Source of the DNA: Thermofilum pendens Hrk 5
GTDB lineage: Archaea > Thermoproteota > Thermoprotei > Thermofilales > Thermofilaceae
Length of the DNA: 32,000 nt
NCBI RefSeq assembly: GCF_000015225.1
Contig: NC_008698.1
Location: 1,560,001 to 1,592,000 of the forward strand
Direction: 5' to 3'
The notes below the pieces were generated by a model. The model did not search any database. It saw nothing but the letters and a program-made list of their open reading frames with translations, and was not told the origin of the DNA. The translations under genes were made by a program, and so were the position numbers. Position 1 is the first letter of the stretch; every line of letters starts with the position of its first letter. Positions 13,072 through 21,803 of this stretch are shown piece by piece.

Positions 13072-16000
13072 ATGAAGCTACGCGACGCCGAGAGGTCGCT
13101 GTTCGACCTTCTGGTAGCGTCCGTTCAGAGGTACATCCCGCTCTCCGTCTGGAGGCTCGACGGGAGGGAGAAGTTCCTACCGGTACGCGTGCAGGCTGAG
13201 CCGGGTAGGATCTACGAGTTCGTCGGGAAAGCTAGGGTCCCGTCGAGCGAGCACAGGTGGTTCGCGAAGTTCGTCCTGAGCGGGAACGCTACGCTCGAGG
13301 TCGACGGGAGGCTGGTAGGCGGGATAGACGAAGCGCACACGTACTTCCCGCTGGACCCGGGGCTCCACGAGCTGAGGATTAGGGCTTCGCCGAGGGGGAT
13401 GTTCGGCTTCCACGACTGGAGCCTGAGCTTCGAGAAAGCCTTCCTCGCCGAGGTGTACTGGCGCGGCTTCTCGCTCGCGCTCAAGCTACTCTCCCTCGTG
13501 TCCTACCTCAAGTCCCTTCCCCCCGACGACGCGGTGAGGAGGAGGGTCGAAGGGGAGCTCTTCGACGCCTTGATGTCCGCTCCCGTCTCGCCGAGCGTGC
13601 TCCAGATAACGGTGGCGTTGAGCCTCCTCTATGAGGGCGGGAGGAGCTTCTCGAGGGGGGACCTGCCCGAGAGGTACGGGGACTACGCGTGGCTCTCCGG
13701 TGTCTACGGCGCCGGGATCCTGGGCGGCAGGCTCAGGGACGTGGGCGCGTCGAGCCTCGACGACGTGAAGCGCGCCTGCGACAGGCTGGAGCCCCTCCTC
13801 TCACTCCTCGAGGAGCTGAGGAAAAGCCAGGAGGGCGCGGGGGAGCTCTTCATAGTTGGGCACAGCCACATAGACGCCGCGTGGCTCTGGCCCGTGCAGG
13901 AGACCAGGGAGAAGGTCGCGAGGACGTTTGCGAACGTGGTCTCGCTCCTGAGGGAGTACGGGGGACCCGTGTACGCGCAGAGCTCGGCGCTGTACTACGA
14001 GTGGGTCGAGGAGGACTACCCGGAGCTTTTCCGCGAAATCAAGCGCCTCGTCGAGTCGGGTAGGTGGATACCGGTTGGGGGCATGTGGGTTGAGAGCGAC
14101 GTCCAGCTCGTGGAGGGGGAGAGCCTGGCGAGGCAGTTCCTGTACGGCCAGAGGTACTTCTACTCCAGGTTCGGGAGGACAGCCCGGATCGGGTGGATAC
14201 CGGACAGCTTCGGCTTCCCCTACTCGTTGCCCCAGCTACTCGTCAAGAGCGGGCTCGAGTGCTTCGTGACGCACAAGGTGCTCTGGAACGATACCAACGA
14301 GTTCCCCTACCACTCCTTCCTCTGGAGGGGGGTCGACGGCTCCACTATACCCGTCCAGATCCTCCTGAACAGCTACAACGAGATGCTCACCCCGGGAAGC
14401 GTGAAGGCGTACTGGTCCAGGTACAAGCAGAGGGGCGAGGTCCCCTTCCTGCCGTACGCCTACGGCTACGGGGACGGGGGAGGGGGGCCGACCAGGGAGA
14501 TGCTCGAATCCCTCGATGTCGTCAAGAGGCTCCCCGGGTTGCCGAGGCTCAGGCACCTGGAAGAGGAGGAGTACCTGGCGAGGCTCAAGGCTTCCGAGGG
14601 CTCGATGCCCGTGTGGGACGGGGAGCTCTACGTGGAGTTCCACAGGGGGACCTACACCACGAACCTACAGGTAAAGGAGCTGATGTGGAGGGCGGAGCTA
14701 GCCCTCCTGACAGCCGAGGAGGTCGCCTCGCTCGCATCCTCCAGGACGGGGGAGGGGCTGTCGGCGCGCCTCGAGAGGCTCTGGAAGACCCTCCTCCTGC
14801 ACCAGTTCCACGACATCCTGCCGGGGTCCTCGATGAAGGAGGTCTACGAGGACGCGTACAGGGACCTCTCGATGGTCCTGCGGGAGGCCTCCTCCCTGGC
14901 CCGGGAGGCCCTCGAAGCCTACCTGGGGGGCGGCGAAGGCGGGGTCGCAGTCTTCAACCCCCTGCCGTGGCCCCGGAGGGCTATCGTCTCCCTCCCCATG
15001 GGCATGGCGCCGCGCGGCGCGGAGTGCCAGGAGTCGGAGGAGGGGGTTCTGGTCGAGGTCGAGCTACCGCCGGCCGGCTACCGCGTCTACAGCGCGTCGG
15101 GCGGGTGCGTGGATGAAGGGGAGCCGCTGAGAGTAGAGGAGGTCGACGGCGGGATACTGCTCTCCAGCGGCGCAGTCGAGGTGGTGGTAGACCGGGACGG
15201 CTCGCTGGGGTCCGTGAGGTTGCTCCCCGGCGGAGAGGAGGTGCTGTCGCGGCCATCAAACCAGCTCCGCGTGCACTTCGACAGGCCGGGGGTTTTCGAC
15301 GCCTGGGAGCTTACGGACGACTTCCTGTCCAGGTGGGAGGAGGCGAGGACGCTCTCGGAGCCCAGGCTCGTTGAGCGCGGGCGGCTGAGGGCGTGCGTCG
15401 AGTACGTAAAGGGCTTCGGCAAGTCCAGAGTTACGCAGAGGGTGTGCGTCTACAGGTTCAGCCCCGTGGTGGAGGTGAAGACGAGGCTCGAGTGGTTCGA
15501 CAAGGGGTTCCTGGTGAAGGCCTGGATGAAGCCAGCGTTCAAGCCCACCGCGGCTGTCTTCGAGACCCCCTACGGCGTCGTGTACAGGAGCCCGGCTTGG
15601 GCTTCGAGCATCGACAGGGCGAAGTTCGAGGCGCCAGCGCTCAGGTGGGTCGACGTCTCCGACGGCGCTAGGGGCTTCGCGGTGATAGCCCCGGGGAGGC
15701 ACGGCTACTCCGTCCGGGAGGACTACGTTAGCCTCAGCCTCCTCAAGTCCCCCACGTTCCCGAACCCGTGGAGCGACGTGGGGGAGTTCGAGACGACGTA
15801 CTACATCTACCCGCACCTAGGAGGCTACGAGGAGGCACGCGTAGCCTTCGTGGCCGCCGAGCTCCTCAGGCAGCCCCTCGCCGTGGCTACGGCGCCTGTA
15901 GAGCGCTCCGAGAGCTTCCTCTCCGTCAACCCCCCGGAGGCCCTCCTAGGGGCGTTTAAGGCGGCGGAGGACGGGGACGGCTACGTGATGAGGCTGTACA

Positions 16001-16170
16001 ACCCCCACCGCGGAGAAGTAGAGGTGGAGGTAGAGGTGAACGTCCCCTTTAGGGAGGCCGTGGAGGTAGACATACCGGAGCTGAGGGTCCTGGGGAGGGT
16101 GGAGGTGTCGGGCGGCAAGCTACGCTTAAGGCTCAAGCCCTTCGAGGTAAAAACGGTAAAGCTCAGGTAG
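13072..16170 (+). CDS. Alpha-mannosidase, glycoside hydrolase family 38
   Basis: 1032 aa. GHSHIDAAWLWP (GH38 metal/catalytic-site motif), GGMWVESD, GWIPDSFGF, YGYGDGGGGPT, EFHRGTYTT and LLHQFHDILPGSS. No signal peptide, so it is cytosolic. Confidence 0.9.
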   Translation: MKLRDAERSLFDLLVASVQRYIPLSVWRLDGREKFLPVRVQAEPGRIYEFVGKARVPSSEHRWFAKFVLSGNATLEVDGRLVGGIDEAHTYFPLDPGLHELRIRASPRGMFGFHDWSLSFEKAFLAEVYWRGFSLALKLLSLVSYLKSLPPDDAVRRRVEGELFDALMSAPVSPSVLQITVALSLLYEGGRSFSRGDLPERYGDYAWLSGVYGAGILGGRLRDVGASSLDDVKRACDRLEPLLSLLEELRKSQEGAGELFIVGHSHIDAAWLWPVQETREKVARTFANVVSLLREYGGPVYAQSSALYYEWVEEDYPELFREIKRLVESGRWIPVGGMWVESDVQLVEGESLARQFLYGQRYFYSRFGRTARIGWIPDSFGFPYSLPQLLVKSGLECFVTHKVLWNDTNEFPYHSFLWRGVDGSTIPVQILLNSYNEMLTPGSVKAYWSRYKQRGEVPFLPYAYGYGDGGGGPTREMLESLDVVKRLPGLPRLRHLEEEEYLARLKASEGSMPVWDGELYVEFHRGTYTTNLQVKELMWRAELALLTAEEVASLASSRTGEGLSARLERLWKTLLLHQFHDILPGSSMKEVYEDAYRDLSMVLREASSLAREALEAYLGGGEGGVAVFNPLPWPRRAIVSLPMGMAPRGAECQESEEGVLVEVELPPAGYRVYSASGGCVDEGEPLRVEEVDGGILLSSGAVEVVVDRDGSLGSVRLLPGGEEVLSRPSNQLRVHFDRPGVFDAWELTDDFLSRWEEARTLSEPRLVERGRLRACVEYVKGFGKSRVTQRVCVYRFSPVVEVKTRLEWFDKGFLVKAWMKPAFKPTAAVFETPYGVVYRSPAWASSIDRAKFEAPALRWVDVSDGARGFAVIAPGRHGYSVREDYVSLSLLKSPTFPNPWSDVGEFETTYYIYPHLGGYEEARVAFVAAELLRQPLAVATAPVERSESFLSVNPPEALLGAFKAAEDGDGYVMRLYNPHRGEVEVEVEVNVPFREAVEVDIPELRVLGRVEVSGGKLRLRLKPFEVKTVKLR

Positions 16171-16172
16171 GG

Positions 16173-16514
16173 CTACCTGTGCGCGCGGGCAACGTAGAAC
16201 GCGACCCCTGTGGCGCCTACCCCTGCGAGGAGCACGAGCAACGACACCCTCGCGTCGGCGACCAGGAGGTGCACCGTGTACGCCGCGGACGCCGTTACGG
16301 CTAGTCCTCCGTAAAGCGCGTAGAGAGCCCTAGCTGGGACAACCCTGGACTCCTCCACCCCCGCGAGTAGCGCCGCCAGGACGAGCCAGCCGCCCACCAC
16401 GAACCAGAAGACTGCCGGCGCGAAGGCTGGAGGCAGGATGAACGTAGACGCTACGGAGGCCGCTAGGGCTAGAACCACCACGATGAAAGCCGCGAGCCCC
16501 GATACAACCCTCAC
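16173..16514 (-). CDS. Small integral membrane protein, function unknown
   Basis: 113 aa with about four hydrophobic helices (AAFIVVVLALAASVASTFIL, VFWFVVGGWLVLAALLAGV, LYALYGGLAVTASAAYTVHLL, LLVLLAGVGATGVAFYV). In GC-rich DNA an Ala/Val/Leu/Gly-rich ORF could also be spurious. Confidence 0.45.
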   Translation of the reverse strand: MRVVSGLAAFIVVVLALAASVASTFILPPAFAPAVFWFVVGGWLVLAALLAGVEESRVVPARALYALYGGLAVTASAAYTVHLLVADARVSLLVLLAGVGATGVAFYVARAHR

Positions 16515-16549
16515 CTAAGCCACCGAGCCCCTTTTTACCGCGCACATGC

Positions 16550-17104
16550 TTATCTACTTTTCCTAAAGTAAAGCTCCTCGTTGAGGACCGGTATGAGCGC
16601 CATTAGGACAGCCTGCTCCGCCAGGTCTTCCCGCACGACGACGCCCCTAGTGAGCAGGCCGACGAAGCCCTCGCCCTCCCCGACGTTCCTGGTCCCGAAG
16701 TGCCTGTCCACGGCTTCTTCGAGCTCGAGGCCCTCCGACAGGATTTCCTCGACTATGAACGGGGGAACCGCGAAGGAGGACGAGAAGCCCACCCCCTCCG
16801 CTCCACCCCTCTTCACGACCACGGCGGCCTGAGTGTCCATGTAGAAGCCGTCGACAGCGAAGATGCCTGCCTCGACCCCGACTCCGAACGCGCATTCCCC
16901 GCAAGCCTCGAGGGCTCTCAGCGCCCTGTTCCTAGCTCCCCTCAGGATCTCCCCAAGCGAGAACGGTTGACGGGCAACGCCGGACTCCACCCTGAAGCCC
17001 TTGACGACTACGTCTCCGAAGTACCTCTTGAAGGCCTTCTCGACCCCGGCTATCTTCGAGGGGTTCGCCGAGCCCACCCCAACTACTACGCGCATCCAGG
17101 GCAC
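16550..17104 (-). CDS. yjjX: Non-canonical purine NTP phosphatase (inosine/xanthosine triphosphatase), YjjX/DUF84 family
   Basis: VGVGSANPSKIAGVEKAF, the VESGVARQPFSLGEILRGARNRA core motif (compare E. coli YjjX [22 protein letters not shown]), VGVEAGI and EGFVGLLTRGVVVREDLAEQAVLMALIP. The start may be the internal Met at 17095. Confidence 0.8.
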   Translation of the reverse strand: MPWMRVVVGVGSANPSKIAGVEKAFKRYFGDVVVKGFRVESGVARQPFSLGEILRGARNRALRALEACGECAFGVGVEAGIFAVDGFYMDTQAAVVVKRGGAEGVGFSSSFAVPPFIVEEILSEGLELEEAVDRHFGTRNVGEGEGFVGLLTRGVVVREDLAEQAVLMALIPVLNEELYFRKSR

Positions 17105-17129
17105 CCCCGCGAGCTAAGGGGCTAGCCCC

Positions 17130-19073
17130 TTAAATTACCCGCGCGGGTCTCGCGAATACCCTCGTAGAGTTGAAGACCGGTCCTCCGCCTATCCTCTGCG
17201 TCTCCGTGGGTACGAGCGAGTTCTGGGGGGAGCCGTCCAGCCCGACTAGCTGGCGCGGGGACCAGAGGACGCCCGGGGGTACGAGCTCCGTTACCTGGGC
17301 TTTTACAACCACGCTTCCATGCTCGTTGTAGAGCTCGACGAGGTCCCCGTCCCTAACTCCGAGCCGTTCGGCGTCCACCGGGTTCACGTGTACGACGGCG
17401 GGTATGGGGCCGTAGACGTCGCGGAACTGCGTGTGGGTGTAGAGGGGCGTGGCGGAGTTTAAGAGGACGAAGCCCTCCCCGTCGTACTCCCCCTGCACCG
17501 GTAGCGGGCTGAAACCCAGCTCGAGGGCCCTCCGCGAGTAGAGCTCGATCCTCCCGGAGGGGGTCTGGTACTCGTCTAGCCTCCTGGCTTTGAGCCTAAG
17601 GGTCTTGCCGGCTAGTAGGTCCTCGAAGCTTCCCTCGAGCGCTCCGCCCAGAGCCTCCCTGAGGACGTCGAGGGGGTCCCTGCAGACCCACTCGGGGGCT
17701 CCGAGCCTCCTGGCGAGCTCGCACGTAACCCAGACCTCGCTCCTACTCTCCCCCAAGGGCTCGATAACCTTCCTGGACATCGCCACGTAGCCGTGCGCGT
17801 AGGGGATCACCACGTCGTCCTTCTCGAGGTAGGTGGCGGCGGGCAGAACCACGTCCGCGTAGTCCGCGGTCTCGTTCCAGTGCGTGTCGTGGAGCACGAC
17901 GAACACGTCGCTCCTGCTAAGCCCTCTCCTCAGCTTACCCTGCCCCGGCAACGTCAAGAGGGGGTTCATGTTGTACACGTAGATGAACTTGAACTCGCCC
18001 CTCTCCACGAGCTCCGCGAGTGCCACCTGGCTGACAACCCTCCCCGGGGGCGCGTGCCTCTCGCCCGTGACGGCGGCGAGGTCGACGAGCCACCTCCTAC
18101 TGTTCGAGTAGTAGAAGCCCCTGTGCTGGCCGACGAGGGCCGGTATAAGGGAGACTGCCCTCACAGCCTCCGCCCCGTTAACACCCTTCTGAACCCCGAA
18201 CCCGATGAAGGTAGTGCTAGGCTTCAGCTCGGCGTAGAGCTCCGCGAGCCTCGCAACGTCCTTCTCGCCTACACCCGTCACCCCCGAAACCCTGGAGAGG
18301 CTCCACCTCGAAGCCTCCCTCCTCAGCTCCTCGAAGCCGACCGTGTAGCGCTCTACGAAATCCTCGTCGTAGAGCCCCTCCGAGATAAGGTAGTTGATAA
18401 CGCCGTACGCCAGCGCGACGTCGGTGCCCGGCCTCGGGTGAACGGCGAAGTCGCTCTTCAGCGCGGTCTCGCTCCTCCTGGGGTCAACTGCCGCGATCAC
18501 GGACCCCCTACGCCTCCCCCTCAGCGCCGCGGCCCAGAGGTGCGGCGAGCTGACACTCGCGTTAAAGCCCCAGAACACGAAGAGCCTCGAGCCCTCTGCC
18601 TCCTCGGGAGTCCTGCCGTAGCTCAAGCCGTAGTGCAGGGAGAGGGCTTCGTGCCCGCTCTTACTGCAAATGCTGTAGTCAGTCCTCGCCGCGCCCAGCC
18701 AGTTCCAGAGCCTCTGAGGGTAATACCACGTCAACAGCCCCATGTTCCCAGCGTACTCTAAGTGCAGAACGGCGCCCGGCCCGTGCTCCTCGAGAACCTC
18801 CTTCAGCCTCGAAGCAACCTCGTCCAGCGCGGAACCCCACTCAACCCTCTCGAAGCTCCTTCCCGGCTTTCCCCCGGCCCTCCTGTACGGGAAGAGGACG
18901 CGCCCCGCCGAGAAAACCCTCCTAGCCTCGACCGCTCCCCGCGGGCACAGGAAGCCCGCCGTAAACGCGAAGCCCGGGTCCGGCGCTACTCTCAGTTCTC
19001 CGCCGTCCAGCGAGACCGCTAGGTGGCATGTGTCGTAGCAGTCCCTCGGGCAGACAGACTTCAGCGCCGCCAC
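17130..19073 (-). CDS. Molybdopterin (Mo/W-bisPGD) oxidoreductase catalytic subunit, MopB superfamily, cytoplasmic
   Basis: GTG start. The N-terminal FeS-cluster cysteine motif is CPRDCYDTC....C(PRG). Central molybdopterin-binding-domain patterns are VFWGFN and AAVDPRRSETA. The C-terminal MopB_CT barrel is VHVNPVDAERLGVRDGDLVELYNEHGSVVVKAQVTELVPPGVLW. No twin-arginine signal. Confidence 0.85.
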   Translation of the reverse strand: MAALKSVCPRDCYDTCHLAVSLDGGELRVAPDPGFAFTAGFLCPRGAVEARRVFSAGRVLFPYRRAGGKPGRSFERVEWGSALDEVASRLKEVLEEHGPGAVLHLEYAGNMGLLTWYYPQRLWNWLGAARTDYSICSKSGHEALSLHYGLSYGRTPEEAEGSRLFVFWGFNASVSSPHLWAAALRGRRRGSVIAAVDPRRSETALKSDFAVHPRPGTDVALAYGVINYLISEGLYDEDFVERYTVGFEELRREASRWSLSRVSGVTGVGEKDVARLAELYAELKPSTTFIGFGVQKGVNGAEAVRAVSLIPALVGQHRGFYYSNSRRWLVDLAAVTGERHAPPGRVVSQVALAELVERGEFKFIYVYNMNPLLTLPGQGKLRRGLSRSDVFVVLHDTHWNETADYADVVLPAATYLEKDDVVIPYAHGYVAMSRKVIEPLGESRSEVWVTCELARRLGAPEWVCRDPLDVLREALGGALEGSFEDLLAGKTLRLKARRLDEYQTPSGRIELYSRRALELGFSPLPVQGEYDGEGFVLLNSATPLYTHTQFRDVYGPIPAVVHVNPVDAERLGVRDGDLVELYNEHGSVVVKAQVTELVPPGVLWSPRQLVGLDGSPQNSLVPTETQRIGGGPVFNSTRVFARPARVI

Positions 19074-19112
19074 GGCTCTACGGAGAAAAAATACGAATAA
19101 ATTTGTTCGGGG

Positions 19113-19967
19113 CTACTGCGCCCGAACCTCTTCGTCGTAGGATCCTCTTCTGAATACGTACTCGCAGTAGGGGTCTCCCCTCGCTATACACTTTGTCTCT
19201 TTTGGTCTCACGGTTTTTATGTCTACTCCCCAGTAGCCCGAGAGCCAGCCCGCTAGCAACCCCCTGATTATTGTGCCTTCTGCGCCCTCTATCCCCACGA
19301 GGCTTTTACACTCGACGTTGTCGTAGACTTGTGCGACCATCCTGTCGTTCGTTAGCTCCACTATCCTCAGTATTCCGAAGCCCATCAACCTGAACATCTC
19401 CTCGGCGAGCCTCACGAGGTCTTCCTTGCCTAGCCCAAGCCTCTTGTAGAAGTTCTCGTAGACCTCCCTCCCAGCCTCGAAGAAAGTCCTGTAGAGTATC
19501 CCGCCGTACCCGGAGCCCAAGTGCTCCCAGCCAAACCTCACGAGGCGCCTGAATACCTGCTCTCTAAACACTATTGCCCTCTCGCCGGCGGCTACAGGCG
19601 GGTAGCTCCACGCGTCTAAGCCTATCCCCGGCGCTACTGGCGGGGCGTACTCCGCTTCTTTCACGAACCTCTTCCTCCTGAGCGCGGCTACTATTTTCTC
19701 AGCCTCCCTGTCCTCCTTGATGTCCGCCGCTATTATTACCCGTATGTCCTCCCCCGAGCCGCGGGGAGGTGTAGAGGTCTTAAACAGGAGTATTGGGACT
19801 TTCTCCCCGGCGAAGACGTCGAGAATGTCCCTCAGCACGCCTACGACCACGTAAGCCTCCGGGTTTAGTACTACGTGGAAGAAGTAAGGCTTACCCTCCG
19901 GGAAGATGGCTACTCTACCCATGTGGTAGGGGCGAAAACTCCCCCCGATCGTTCTGTCGTGCCCCAC
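19113..19967 (-). CDS. V4R (4-vinyl reductase) domain protein with ACT-like N-terminal region
   Basis: The C-terminus ...LLAGWLSGYWGVDIKTVRPKETKCIARGDPYCEYVF carries the V4R signature E..C.A.GD..C.F. The N-terminal FFHVVLNPEAYVVVGVLRDILDVFAGEKVPILLFKTS...IRVIIAADI looks like an ACT-type beta-alpha-beta-beta-alpha-beta unit (by eye, weak). The start is GTG 19967 or ATG 19922. Confidence 0.6.
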   Translation of the reverse strand: MGHDRTIGGSFRPYHMGRVAIFPEGKPYFFHVVLNPEAYVVVGVLRDILDVFAGEKVPILLFKTSTPPRGSGEDIRVIIAADIKEDREAEKIVAALRRKRFVKEAEYAPPVAPGIGLDAWSYPPVAAGERAIVFREQVFRRLVRFGWEHLGSGYGGILYRTFFEAGREVYENFYKRLGLGKEDLVRLAEEMFRLMGFGILRIVELTNDRMVAQVYDNVECKSLVGIEGAEGTIIRGLLAGWLSGYWGVDIKTVRPKETKCIARGDPYCEYVFRRGSYDEEVRAQ

Positions 19968-20086
19968 ACAGTAAACTCTGTCCTCTACCGGTATATATGT
20001 CTATTTTTTTAAAAGTGTTTTGAATTCTTACTCGGAGAGTTTACGATACTGTTTTAACCCTGTACGCATGCTTCAGTGGGGTCGGT

Positions 20087-20800
20087 ATGGCGCGGGTAGC
20101 AGTGTTCGTCGATGTCGACTGGACCTTGACGGACAGGGAGAGGAGGATTAGTAGCAGGGTTGTCGAGGCGTTGGAGAGGCTTCAGCGCGAGGGGTACTTC
20201 GTTGTTCTCGCGAGCGCGACGGCTTACCCTATAGTCTACGGGCTTTCGAGGTACCTCCCGACGTCCGGGGTCGCCGTCGGGGAGAACGGCGGGGTTGTGG
20301 GAGACGGGAGGAGGCTGGAGATCCTCGGCAGGATAGACAAGGAGCTGGTCTTGAGGGTTGCGAGGGAGCGCTTGTCCTGTTGCCTCGAGGATAGCTGGCA
20401 GAACCTCTTCAGGTTCGTAGACGTGACCTTCGCGTTGAGGAAAGGCGTGGACCCGGGCTACGCTGTCGGCGAGGCTAGGCACGTATTCGGGGCTATGGGG
20501 CTGGAGGTTAAGTACAGCGGCGTCGCGCTCCACGTCCACCCGCCCGGCGTGAACAAGGGCGTGGGGTTGAGGAAAGCCCTCGAAATGCTCGGGGGAGGCT
20601 TCGACTACGTAGTGGCGGTGGGGGACAGCGAGGTAGACGTGGACATGTTCAGGGTTGCTGACTTCTCGGCGTGCCCGGCCCACGCCCCCGAAGAGGTGAA
20701 GAAAGAGGCTTCCTACGTGGCAAAGGCGCCTTACAGCGACGGCTTCCTGGAGATAGTGGACGTCGTGCTTAGGGGTGCGGGTAAGCCCGCTAAGGAGTAG
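20087..20800 (+). CDS. HAD-IIB phosphatase, archaeal-type phosphoglycolate phosphatase-like
   Basis: VFVDVDWTLTDRERRISSRVVEAL (HAD motif I DxDxT), ATAYPIVYGLSRYLPTSGVAVGENGGV, HVHPPGVNKG, VGDSEVDVDMF (motif IV) and SACPAHA. By eye this closely parallels the Thermoplasma TA0175-type PGP (IDVDGNLTDRDRLIS.., ..PVFGENGGI.., ..KACPANA). Confidence 0.75.
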   Translation: MARVAVFVDVDWTLTDRERRISSRVVEALERLQREGYFVVLASATAYPIVYGLSRYLPTSGVAVGENGGVVGDGRRLEILGRIDKELVLRVARERLSCCLEDSWQNLFRFVDVTFALRKGVDPGYAVGEARHVFGAMGLEVKYSGVALHVHPPGVNKGVGLRKALEMLGGGFDYVVAVGDSEVDVDMFRVADFSACPAHAPEEVKKEASYVAKAPYSDGFLEIVDVVLRGAGKPAKE

Positions 20801-21803
20801 CGTAGAGGTGGCACGCGACTAGGTGGCCCTTCCCGGCCTCCGCTAGCGCCGGCTCCTCTGCTCTACACTTCTCGGTCGCGAAGGGGCACCTCGGGTGTAG
20901 CCTGCAGCCGGCGGGCGGGTTGAGGGGGCTCGGTATCTCTCCCTTCAGGGTCACCCTCCTCCTGGCCGCGCCGCCGGGCGTCAGCGATGGGACGGCGGAG
21001 AGCAACGCCTTGGTGTAGGGGTGTAGCGGGTTGCTGAATACCTCTTGAACGGGTCCCGCCTCGACGAGCTTTCCCAGGTACATGACCGCGACGCTGTCCG
21101 CTATCGCCCAGGCCGACGAGAGGTCGTGCGTTATGTAGAGTATGGAGAGGGATCTCTCGTCGCGGAGGCTTTTGAGGAGGGCGAGTATCTGGGCCCTAGC
21201 CGAGACGTCCACGTTGGATATGGGCTCGTCGGCGAGGAGGAGCCTGGGGTTCAGTACGAGCGCCCTGGCTATCGCTACTCTCTGCCTCTGCCCCCCGCTC
21301 AGCTGGTGAGGGTACCGCGAGTAGAAGTCCTCGGGCGGTACAAGCCCGACCCTCTCCAGCGCCTTCAGGGCGGCCTCCCTCCTCTCGTCCTCGGAGCCCA
21401 CCTTGTTCACGTCCAGCGGGTACTTCACCTGCTCTCCTACCTTCATCCTCGGGTTGAGGCTCACGCTGGGGTCCTGGAAGACCATCTGCACGCTCCTCCT
21501 GTAGCTCCTCAGCTCCCTCCCGTCCAGCCTCGAGATGTCCCTACCGTCGAAGAGTATCCTGCCGGAGGTGGGCTTCACGAGCCCTACCACCGCCCGTGCA
21601 ACCGTCGTCTTCCCGGACCCGCTCTCGCCGACCAGCGCCATTATCTCCCCGCTCCGCAGGGAGAAGGAGACGCCGTCCACCGCTCTGAGGAGCCTCTGCC
21701 TCCCTCTGAGTATCTCGCCGAGAGTCCTCCTCACTGGGAAGTAGACCCTGAGGTCCTCTACCACCAGTAGTTCACGCGTAGTGGCATGCGACAATCCTAC
21801 CAC
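20790..21803 (-). CDS. Opp/Dpp-type ABC transporter ATP-binding protein (OppF/DppF-like)
   Basis: Walker A GESGSGKTT, signature LSGGQRQRVAIARAL, Walker B LLLADEPISNVD, and the oligopeptide-transporter C-terminal extension HPYTKALL...GCRLHPRCPFATEKC. The start is GTG 21803, TTG 21794 or GTG 21764. Confidence 0.9.
   Translation of the reverse strand: MVGLSHATTRELLVVEDLRVYFPVRRTLGEILRGRQRLLRAVDGVSFSLRSGEIMALVGESGSGKTTVARAVVGLVKPTSGRILFDGRDISRLDGRELRSYRRSVQMVFQDPSVSLNPRMKVGEQVKYPLDVNKVGSEDERREAALKALERVGLVPPEDFYSRYPHQLSGGQRQRVAIARALVLNPRLLLADEPISNVDVSARAQILALLKSLRDERSLSILYITHDLSSAWAIADSVAVMYLGKLVEAGPVQEVFSNPLHPYTKALLSAVPSLTPGGAARRRVTLKGEIPSPLNPPAGCRLHPRCPFATEKCRAEEPALAEAGKGHLVACHLYATP

Noticed and set aside
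14470-14488. G-run cluster GGGGACGGGGGAGGGGGG (potential G-quadruplex)
   Set aside because: It simply encodes the conserved GH38 motif GDGGGGP. It has only three long G-runs and there is no independent evidence of a structural role.
13177-15959. Many alternative-frame and antisense ORFs inside the mannosidase gene (for example 14193-15116 at 307 aa and 15256-15816 at 186 aa)
   Set aside because: They are Arg/Gly/Pro-rich and low-complexity, and all sit within a 1032-aa ORF carrying multiple GH38 motifs. They are GC-driven artefacts.
16018-16038. Short tandem repeat GTAGAGGTGGAG GTAGAGGTG encoding EVEVEVEV near the mannosidase C-terminus
   Set aside because: It is in frame within the coding sequence, has only about two units, and is a typical beta-strand-like low-complexity run, not a regulatory or CRISPR-like repeat.
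17590-19038. Antisense ORFs within the molybdopterin oxidoreductase gene (17793-18761 at 322 aa, and others)
   Set aside because: The opposite strand encodes a full-length MopB protein with FeS-cluster and C-terminal barrel motifs. The antisense translations are low-complexity.
20054-20683. Minus-strand 209-aa ORF overlapping the phosphatase gene
   Set aside because: The plus-strand frame has all the HAD motifs and aligns with archaeal PGP. The minus ORF has no motifs and a Pro/Arg/His-rich composition.
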